From Eutreptiella sp. 'Long Island Sound 2002' (Eukaryota > Protista > Euglenida), in NCBI GenBank assembly GCA_964036045.1, contig OZ038378.1:2356001-2420000 (forward strand): 64,000 bases of DNA, given 5' to 3'. The stretch's first letter is position 1; every line of letters begins with the position of its first letter. A program made the position numbers and the translations under genes. Positions 61,001 to 64,000 of the stretch are shown one piece after another. A model generated the notes under the pieces. That model was given only the letters and a program-made list of their open reading frames with translations, did no database searches and was not told the origin of the DNA.

Positions 61001-63932
61001 GACACAACGTGGTGGCTACACGCCAACTAAGTTTTGCCCACCATGCTAGCGAGCCCAAAACGGCACTTTCAGGGCCAACAAGCAACGCAGTGAGAGACTA
61101 GCACCGTTGTTGGGTGACCATTTGGTGACAATAGAATGACGTATAAAGCCAAGGGGAGCCATGGAGCACCAACAAAGGGCCCGGTGGTTGCCAGGGGTAA
61201 CCCCGAAATCGCGATTTTTCGGCCAACCCATGCCGGCTTGAACAGGGCTATGTCCTCCCTGGTGGGGGCCCATAGGGGGGGGGGGGGGATCTTGGAACGT
61301 CGGAGATAGCACCTAGGACCCCCGCCATTGGTTAGGGGGTCCATATGGAAGAAGTGGATTGGGACATGGGTCCCAATCAACGACGTACAACGGCGGCTTG
61401 AGGCCAACCAAGTTTTGCCCACCACGGTGCTAGTGGGCCAGAGGTGCTTTTGGTGCCAATAAGCACGGTGAGGGCCTTGGACCATTGTTGTCTAAGCACT
61501 TGGTGACAACGGGATTACATAGAAAACCAAGGGGGGCCATGTGGCACCAACAAAGGTCCCTAGGGGTCATTGGGAGTCACCCCAAAATCGCGATTTCCCA
61601 CCCAACCCATGCCGCTAAAAAAGCGGCAAAGACCTCACCGGTGAGGCCCTATCGGGGGGTGATCTTGGAAAGTTGGAGATAGCACCCGGGACCCCCGCCA
61701 TGGGTTAGGTGGTCCATATATAGAAAACAGTGGAACGGGACCTAGGTCCTCATCGACTCACGGCAGCAACTACATGCCAACAAACCTTTGCCCACCAGGG
61801 TGCTAGTGGGCCCAAGATGGCGCTTTCAGGGCCAATAAGCACCACTAGTAGGGCCTAGTCGGTGCTAGGTATAGCTGCCTGTGGCTTTACACGCACTCCC
61901 ATTGCCACCAAACGATGACCGAAAAACAGCCCAAGTGTCCCCGGGGTCGTAAGTGGTCACCCCGAAATCACAATTTTGCAGCTAACCCATGGTGGCCTAA
62001 AAATGGCTGATTCATCACCGGTGGGGCCCCAAAAGGGGGGCCGATCTTGAAACCTTGGTGATAATACCGAAGACCCCAACCATTGATTAGGGGGCCCACG
62101 AAGAAAAAAAATGGAATGGGACCTAGGTCCAAATCGACACCCAGTGACAGCTACGAGCCAACCAAATTTCGCCCACCATGGTGCTAGCGAGCCCAAAACA
62201 GCGCTTTTGGGGCCAATGACCACCACTAGCAAGGCCTAGCTGGCGCTACATGGCTCCCCATGGCTTTATACGTACTCCCATTGTCACTGAACGGTCCCCG
62301 AACAAGGGCCCAAGGGTCCCCGGGGGTCGTTGGAGGTCACCACGATTTTTCAGCCAACCCATGCCGGCCCGAAATGGGCTACGTCCTCAGTGGTGGGGCT
62401 CCATACGGGTCACCTTTGGTCAGGGGTCATCAAACAAGGCAATGGTAACCACGCACGTGGAGCAGTCAATGACTCATCAGATGCATTAGGAAACGAAAAA
62501 AAATAGACACTCAGCAAATATCCATATAGAAGAAAAAAGTGGAATGGGTCCAAGTTCCGAATCGACAAAGTGGCAGCTATAGGGCAACCAAATTTTGACC
62601 CCCCCCTCCCAAAAATAGTGGCATCCAGGTGCAGGGGGGGGGGGGGGGTGGATGGTCAAAATCGAAAATTCCTTGGGGGGTAGTTTTGCCTCCAAAAGGG
62701 TTTTGCAAGGAGACAAATAACCGATATCATACATTGGGGTATGCTACGCAAATACCCTCCAAAAGCGGCGGTATGTGGCTCTCACCGTGCGCTTGATCTT
62801 ACAGCCCTCTACGAGGTGATGTCCCAGCCGGCCTCCTATATCTATCCCACACCACACCACACCACACCACACCACACCACACCACACCACACCACACCAC
62901 ACCACACCACACCACACCACACCACACCACACCACACCACACCGAACACCACCCTTCAGCCCGAGGGCCTCGACTGACTGTTCCTTAAAAGCCTGCATCC
63001 CATGTCCCCAGACCCCAAGTGTGTTCGCGACTGTGCTACAAGAGCCCAAAAAACCCACCCACCCCCTGGTGGAGCCTGTCTGGCCTTGCACCCACCACGG
63101 TGGCAGGGAGGGAGCCAGGGACACAATGTGTGAATGCCCCCTCGGCCCAGAAAGGAGGTCCTTAGCGGGAGCTCCCCCTCAGGGCAGTGCTCCCCTCCTG
63201 GCCATCCCTACCACCCTTGTAGAGGGGACTTAGGTGTGTCCTGCGCCGGGAGGGCTCAGCTTCCGCCGGAGTAGAATAGACCATAGCCATGCTGTCCTCC
63301 AGGTTGCATGTTAGCCTGGGCCCAGTATCCGCATCCACACACTCTACAACACAACCACACCACAGCACCTGTAGACCCTTCTGGGGCAGCCCACGGCTGC
63401 CCACCAATCTTGGATGCTGCCATGCGCCGGACATCCCAGCAGCCGACCGGGGTCGCGGGTGCGTGCCTGGGCTGAGGAGTTTGGTTGGGGAGCGATTGAC
63501 GCTCTTGGGGCCCCATGGAGAACGCAGAGGCCCCGGCTGCCTTTTCGCTTTTATCGGTGTGCGGTCTAGGTCAGGGGGCGCGCTGGCAGGGCGTGGTGGA
63601 GGCGGCACTTGGAGGAGGGAGCCCTGGGGCCCAAGAGCTGGGAGCGTGTCCATAGTGGAGGCCTGGGCATTCTGGACAGTCTGCCGCGTGCGCGCCACGA
63701 ACTTGCTCTCGCCATCCTCCGGCGAGGGAGGCTTAAAGGGGACGGTTCCGGGGGTCAGACCCTGCTCGGCGGCAGACTGCACTGCGTGCAAGAGCGCAGG
63801 CTGCAGGTGCAGCATCAGTGTGGGAATCAGGTCCTCCAGCAGGTGGGTCTTGCCAGTGCCTACGTGCCCATACAGAATCAGGCACACGTGGCGACGCTTG
63901 GCAAACTGCGACGTAATCTGGGTGCTCAGGGT
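522..63932 (-). CDS. Giant multi-exon gene, 5'-incomplete: P-loop (kinesin-like?) - LamG x2 - unknown domain - IQ - inactive caspase-like (C14) domain - ARM-like C-terminus; about 28 exons, about 1,850-1,900 aa in window
   Basis: Manual splicing gives GT-AG exons with matching phase at consecutive junctions. LamG, IQ and caspase motifs run continuously across junctions, e.g. GTDAEGE|PELDHQF, GNCTV|DFWFKT, LLIGIGK|YDDPRL, NNQ|MSVMVDG. Ends at TGA 522-524. Confidence 0.85.
840..1056. repeat. ~220-bp interspersed repeat (near-identical copy 49407-49624; diverged copy about 40385-40550)
   Basis: Direct comparison: cctccgaactgttgggtatgc...gggtaaagtggaag. Confidence 0.8.
1247..1402 (-). CDS. Exon: ARM/HEAT-like helices (GEACDKVRNGALETVLQIMKDLDPNFKVLLMGLYIV...LVEQ)
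   Basis: tctcag|ggg and cag|gtatgg. GAL.TVL.IM......V...GL is typical of armadillo-like repeats. Confidence 0.85.
1549..1748. other. Assembly gap (200 N)
   Basis: N run. Confidence 1.
2964..3511. mobile_element. Unclassified TIR element (CACGGGGGC-type ends)
   Basis: Perfect 20-bp IR gggggctgctcccagccagg (2968-2987) / cctggctgggagcagccccc (3488-3507). Related ends at about 39587 and 42120-42312. Confidence 0.65.
4145..4354 (-). CDS. Exon (VKPYVKLWFPGMLLEAAKRQYAEAW...NFILVCVLYGPG...VQVQ)
   Basis: tgtcag|gtg and cag|gtcggg. 210 nt. Confidence 0.82.
5990..6270. repeat. Interspersed repeat related in opposite orientation to 16610-16800 and 17080-17310
   Basis: Shared gcccacga.tg.acccc.gaggggtgca segment, which gives HPSGVQSWA in ORFs at both loci. 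Confidence 0.45.
6796..7037 (-). CDS. Exon (GEYVGEMYPAKMIYQTKLKRKDAKRGGRLKRMMLG...EENKYQ)
   Basis: ctcag|gc (phase 1) and cag|gtcttc. Confidence 0.82.
7495..7870. repeat. Interspersed repeat family E (second copy 49005-49246; fragment 52952-53070)
   Basis: About 230 bp highly similar to 49005-49240. Internal IR aaaagggctcaattgacag / ctgtcaattga. Confidence 0.7.
8596..8830 (-). CDS. Exon: caspase C-terminal part (YYFKKGLLGAA...NNRISLENLSSYMFDKLQKLQVVEP)
   Basis: ctcag|gcc and g|gtctgt. Matches the GL.GAA..DG.I...L..Y pattern of prokaryote-type caspase domains. Confidence 0.85.
9633..9850 (-). CDS. Exon: caspase fold with degenerate catalytic-Cys strand (QYLFAADTPLEA...ELVLG...CMLAVEAVGF)
   Basis: ctgcag|tg and aag|gtacgg. 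YLFAAD matches YL.P.D, and MLAVEAV matches the ILDAC motif. Confidence 0.85.
9954..10272 (-). CDS. Exonic region with unresolved internal splicing (GQAFDQPMPEEQALSRNE ... possibly RQTISTNWRDLQKNADIRGT)
   Basis: The acceptor ccccag|gt at 10272 fits phase 1. A 62-nt segment 10015-9954 ending c|gtgaga fits the next exon. The internal path is ambiguous. Confidence 0.5.
10634..10718 (-). CDS. Exon: acidic low-complexity segment (AQEVDAEAESQQEANNETEAAVIEEPTP)
   Basis: ccag|gcg and g|gtgtgt. Phase 1 out. Confidence 0.78.
11076..11521. repeat. ~135-bp direct duplication (11076-11210 and 11386-11521)
   Basis: ctaacaccattgcaaactt...gcatagcaggcaaaat occurs twice. Confidence 0.85.
11760..13720. repeat. 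Old degenerate copies of type-2 units, core and R module (R module reversed at about 13030-13200)
   Basis: aaaacatgct and ccatttttgagctg unit motifs. ttcggcaagtccacct is followed by reverse-complement R. Other relics at about 20640-20920, 36700-36990 and 38860-39400. Confidence 0.55.
14184..14210. repeat. Interstitial telomere-repeat palindrome (ggttagggttaa-g-ttaaccctaacc)
   Basis: 12-bp perfect inverted repeat made of TTAGGG units. Confidence 0.75.
14469..14540 (+). pseudogene. tRNA-like sequence (left arm, copy A)
   Basis: A-box tggccgaatggtaatgc and B-box ggttcgagccc. The cloverleaf is imperfect. Confidence 0.5.
14573..14640 (-). pseudogene. tRNA-like sequence (right arm, copy A)
   Basis: Reverse complement reads tggtcgaatggtcacgc...gactacagatttttaggtcggc-ggttcaaatcc, resembling a Cys/Tyr tRNA anticodon-variable-T region. 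Confidence 0.55.
15496..15606 (-). CDS. Exon: Lys-rich low-complexity segment (DGDDGTAKSKKPESKKSKKKKAKDEDQEANMAQTNNE)
   Basis: ttag|gac and gaa|gtgtgt. 111 nt. This frame is not in the ORF track. Confidence 0.8.
15911..16051 (-). CDS. Exon: E/K/R-rich charged helix (AREATRLKAEEEERKKQEEEEERKRLEEEEQAKKLKKGGRAAPAKKK)
   Basis: atcag|gcc and aag|gtctgt. 141 nt. Confidence 0.85.
16801..17073. mobile_element. hAT-superfamily MITE
   Basis: TIRs cagggctgtcctt / aaggacagcccta. Identical 8-bp TSD cttcaggc at 16793-16800 and 17074-17081. Confidence 0.85.
17362..17756. mobile_element. IR-bounded element related to 2085-2390 and 3150-3250 (aaaatgat..gatcatttt core, gcgccttcggcgc hairpin)
   Basis: 13-bp perfect IR aaaattgctctgc / gcagagcaatttt, extended by poly-G/C and ggtgaca/tgtcacc. 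Confidence 0.55.
18240..18379 (-). CDS. Exon: catalytic-His strand of the caspase fold, degenerate (DVQLLVFISCLG), then start of the charged insert
   Basis: cacag|cg (phase 1) and gag|gtcttc. LLVFISCLG aligns to the canonical LLxYFSGHG. Confidence 0.82.
21399..21565 (-). CDS. Exon: caspase-like domain N-terminal part (KYDDPRLCPISHPAIDCSDLDEILQHLGYEVIVMSDD...PTKANILREIK)
   Basis: ttcag|g and g|gttggt. Matches the C14 pattern ALLIGI..Y....L..P..D...L...L...GY.V....D....PT..NI. Confidence 0.9.
22258..22664 (-). CDS. Exon containing the IQ motif (IVIQKSIRAYFARR), a coiled segment and the first caspase strand (EWRALLIGIG)
   Basis: aag|gag acceptor after a pyrimidine tract and aa|gtgtgt donor (phase 2). 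IQxxxRxxxxR motif. Confidence 0.88.
23753..23900 (-). pseudogene. Possible relic of a CGGBP1-like / hAT transposase N-terminal zinc finger
   Basis: VTVNNRANKWGKYGLHKNDGLLFCKPF resembles the VT..DR...G..LH..GG.LFC..C pattern, with the second Cys lost. Adjacent DNA is repeated at about 31250-31345. Confidence 0.35.
24690..26345. repeat. Degenerate minisatellite of about 90-105 bp
   Basis: Repeated cacatgtgg / aaaatggct / gtccccaaag / acaaaatcaaag blocks. Confidence 0.7.
26567..26593 (-). CDS. Possible 27-nt micro-exon (FLEKHPDKR)
   Basis: cag|ttc...cga|gttgca, frame-preserving. Not required for continuity. Confidence 0.25.
28494..28656 (-). CDS. Exon (LSIFDLVGLYRHKRSTFDPTTFHW...ACLNKALVACEEAMQH)
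   Basis: ctccag|g and cat|gttggc. 163 nt, phase 2 to 0. Confidence 0.78.
30136..30209 (-). CDS. Exon (DVKFRIFLGLESGICDNFRGAFGRQ)
   Basis: ttccag|gat and ca|gtagct. Phase 2 out matches the next exon. Confidence 0.7.
30457..30755 (-). CDS. Exon: unknown alpha/beta region (GLYAECLYDAIHHCPV...AHRVITLMIGDARF...CPQGCST)
   Basis: atcag|gt and act|gtgagt. 299 nt, phase 1 to 0. Confidence 0.82.
33315..33414 (-). CDS. Exon (EDTTKGPAEEQQKWDNNEIKLSYLQVFGSPCDT)
   Basis: gtgcag|gag and g|gtctgg. Phase 1 out matches the next exon. Not listed in the ORF track. Confidence 0.75.
33654..33836 (-). CDS. Exon (IQLYAGHNVFAHWPMREG...IFDHTGNGHNG...EHREIE)
   Basis: ttgcag|atc and gag|gtctca. Third HWP..EG..D..GNG.NG motif. 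183 nt. Confidence 0.85.
35612..35767 (-). CDS. Exon: LamG2 C-terminal part (MSVMVDG...WLCLGA...FRGYMKQ)
   Basis: cacag|atg and cag|gtatcc. 156 nt. Confidence 0.88.
37190..37262 (+). pseudogene. tRNA-like sequence (left arm, copy B)
   Basis: tggtcgaatggtaatgc ... gtttcgaatccc. Confidence 0.5.
37294..37360 (-). pseudogene. tRNA-like sequence (right arm, copy B), Cys-like CT-GCA-GA loop
   Basis: Reverse complement reads ggtcgaatggtaacgc-agcggg-ctgcaga-gatttaggtcggc-agttcgattcc. Stems are degenerate. Confidence 0.55.
37700..38200. repeat. Degenerate ~190-bp tandem, about 3 units
   Basis: gtgctagag..cc.g.attg.cacc..tgatgac.caa.cccat recurs. Confidence 0.65.
40741..40925. repeat. 60-bp tandem, 3 units
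   Basis: gggcct.agaccaaga.tg.ctccttggaacac at 40741, 40801 and 40862. Confidence 0.85.
41238..41630. repeat. 102-bp tandem (about 2.3 units) followed by a ~42-bp tandem (about 3.5 units)
   Basis: gccatttgtagagatggggaa repeats, then ccacgccaaagcgtgggagtcc repeats. Confidence 0.85.
42560..42811 (-). CDS. Exon: LamG2 (DFWFKTNVRTDMMSL...DIFDDAWHNVIWKIVNAANNQ)
   Basis: ccag|gac and cag|gtttcg. Contains WFKT and WH motifs. 252 nt. Confidence 0.9.
43305..43571 (-). CDS. Exon: end of LamG1 and start of LamG2 (FAGNVMGLKLYDKSRALLGHWPMNEGTGTSVRD...SLHFNGKDSYVHL)
   Basis: gtag|ccc and gtg|gtatgg. Classic HW..EG.G...D..G..G and F.G..SY motifs. 267 nt. Confidence 0.92.
44965..45584. repeat. Compound pentanucleotide microsatellite (GTGTT)n/(GCGTT)n/(GTGCT)n ... 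(GTTTC)n
   Basis: Direct reading. Confidence 0.97.
47171..47329 (-). CDS. Exon: LamG1 (VIDSSANFQQIWIDGNKL...WDQWIGVGMSMLGTDAEGE)
   Basis: ttgcag|gtc and gag|gtatgc. Contains IWIDG and IG motifs. 159 nt. Confidence 0.88.
48284..48445 (-). CDS. Exon: LamG1 middle (NHVPQIAVRLN...DVFDGRWHHLLWE)
   Basis: cgcag|aac and gag|gttgct. Contains the DGRWHH LamG motif. 162 nt, phase 0. Confidence 0.88.
49247..50874. mobile_element. Related element or composite: hairpin end, 96-bp tandem array, type-2 core, R2 module
   Basis: attctattgccttcggca at 49247. The core and R2 match the type-2 elements. Its right end shares one ATT with the next element. Confidence 0.55.
49651..50260. repeat. 96-bp tandem array, about 6.3 units
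   Basis: tggacac marker at about 49652, 49748, 49844, 49940, 50036, 50131 and 50228. Confidence 0.9.
50872..52510. mobile_element. Type-2 element: hairpin end, 5 x ~190-bp tandem units, core, R2 module
   Basis: Starts attctattgccttcggc and ends cggggtgatt. The ctaaaacatgc marker recurs at about 50961, 51151, 51340, 51534 and 51724. Core 51880-52310 is shared with 50265-50680 and 54480-54900. Confidence 0.75.
52590..52951. mobile_element. Truncated element: fragment of the 375-bp unit plus an R1 module
   Basis: gggacctccaccatgggttaggggtccatata resembles the 375-bp unit. Ends ctctcttcgaggtgatt. Confidence 0.55.
53256..53464 (-). CDS. Exon: start of LamG domain 1 (PSYIQIPHIPELCTKLTGFTIELWFRT)
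   Basis: tttcacag|gc acceptor and gcg|gtctgt donor. Contains SY.I..FTIE.WF, the LamG-3/concanavalin-like signature. Confidence 0.85.
53660..55458. mobile_element. Type-2 element nested in type-1 copy C (4 x ~194-bp units; contains an assembly gap)
   Basis: Same ends and core as 50872-52510, with ATT on both sides. Confidence 0.72.
55044..55243. other. Assembly gap (200 N) with duplicated flanks
   Basis: N run. About 150 bp left of the gap is repeated right of it. Confidence 1.
55463..55532 (+). pseudogene. tRNA-like sequence (left arm, copy C)
   Basis: tggccgagtggtagcgc ... ggttcgaattcc, with a perfect gccggcca/tggccggc hairpin between the boxes. Confidence 0.5.
55566..55633 (-). pseudogene. 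tRNA-like sequence (right arm, copy C), most degenerate
   Basis: Reverse complement reads ggtccaatggtagcgc ... ggtccgaatcc. Confidence 0.4.
56275..56377 (-). CDS. Exon (QYRLREDACMPRSDVQSALANNVHQRECPPSESK)
   Basis: cag|cag acceptor and g|gtacga donor. Phase 1 joins GLTSVP of the next exon. Confidence 0.65.
56936..57201 (-). CDS. Exon (VCLAHTRSLMQIVVAQGRPDRPERPKSAPF...VKPVRLAVLSEATM)
   Basis: Acceptor cag|tct (phase 1) or cag|att at 57169 (phase 0). Donor atg|gttcag. Confidence 0.6.
57369..57401 (-). CDS. Candidate 33-nt micro-exon (VCSTLRNSKSQ)
   Basis: tag|tatgtt...acaag|gtaagg with a strong donor. Phase 1 in and out bridges exon 1 to the next exon. Confidence 0.45.
59142..59818. repeat. 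Three copies of a GC-rich palindrome (ttgagtgcgcgagg|cctcgcgcactcaa) at 59142-59169, 59634-59660 and 59789-59818
   Basis: The first is a perfect 28-bp palindrome. The first two are preceded by a duplicated ~100-bp segment. Confidence 0.85.
60190..62600. repeat. ~370-385-bp tandem satellite, at least 6 units (plus about 1.4 units at 58395-58930)
   Basis: Recurring gctag.gggccc, caccaacaa.gg.ccc and ccatatagaagaaaa blocks. Confidence 0.85.
62848..62943. repeat. (CACCA)n microsatellite; (GT)n tracts also at about 8865-8935, 21990-22030 and 47915-47942
   Basis: Direct reading. Confidence 0.95.
63212..63932 (-). CDS. Exon 1 in window: Walker A P-loop (VCLILYGHVGTGKTHLL) followed by a Pro/Ser-rich insert
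   Basis: Acceptor ctctgcag|acc. GxxGxGKT motif preceded by a hydrophobic strand. Donor is uncertain: g|gtaggg at 63212 (phase 1), alternative cag|gtgctg at 63369. Confidence 0.7.
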
Positions 63933-64000
63933 CTGCAGAGCAGGGGCAAGGGACGCAAGAGGGGACAGGGGCAGGGGCAGAGGTTCCCGAACCATGAGCA

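Larger units (their letters stand above)
58395..62820. mobile_element. Large related element: ~375-bp tandem array terminating in a degenerate R module (…gcttgatcttacagccctctacgaggtgat)
   Basis: The gctag..ggccc marker recurs at 58397, 60677, 61045, 61429, 61802 and 62183. R-module homology at 62690-62820. The left end is not identified. Confidence 0.55.

Noticed and set aside
49651-62600. CRISPR-like arrays
   Set aside because: The units are whole-length degenerate tandem repeats without constant repeat and unique spacer structure. The context is a eukaryotic intron with no cas genes.
522-63932. Euglenid-type non-canonical (non-GT-AG) introns
   Set aside because: All resolved junctions can be explained by GT-AG. 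Only the 10.0-10.2 kb region is unresolved, which is too little evidence.

Overview
Eukaryotic (protist-like) genomic scaffold, GC-rich with many poly-G/poly-C tracts and two 200-N gaps. The large introns, GTnTG-type donors and TTAGGG motif are compatible with a euglenid-like organism, but the taxon cannot be proven from sequence. Almost the whole window is one minus-strand gene whose 5' end lies beyond 64000. I reconstructed about 28 GT-AG exons from 63932 down to a TGA stop at 522. Splice phases match at every junction except one short stretch near 10.0-10.2 kb, giving roughly 1,850-1,900 aa in the window. Domain order from N to C: P-loop domain resembling a degenerate kinesin motor; two LamG/concanavalin-A-like domains plus an orphan LamG N-terminal segment; an unknown alpha/beta region; an IQ motif; a prokaryote-style caspase/metacaspase (C14) fold lacking both catalytic residues and split by a ~170-200 aa charged insert; and a helical ARM-like C-terminus. 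The introns are filled with non-autonomous repeats. The dominant family has a GAA-triloop hairpin end, asymmetric subterminal inverted repeats and ATT junctions (Helentron/Helitron2-like), and carries different cargos with a shared terminal module: a convergent pair of tRNA-like sequences in a foldback cassette, or 96-bp, ~190-bp or ~375-bp tandem arrays. Also present are a hAT-type MITE with an 8-bp TSD, other TIR elements, 28-bp palindromes, a telomere-repeat palindrome and microsatellites. Most ORFs in the supplied track are spurious.
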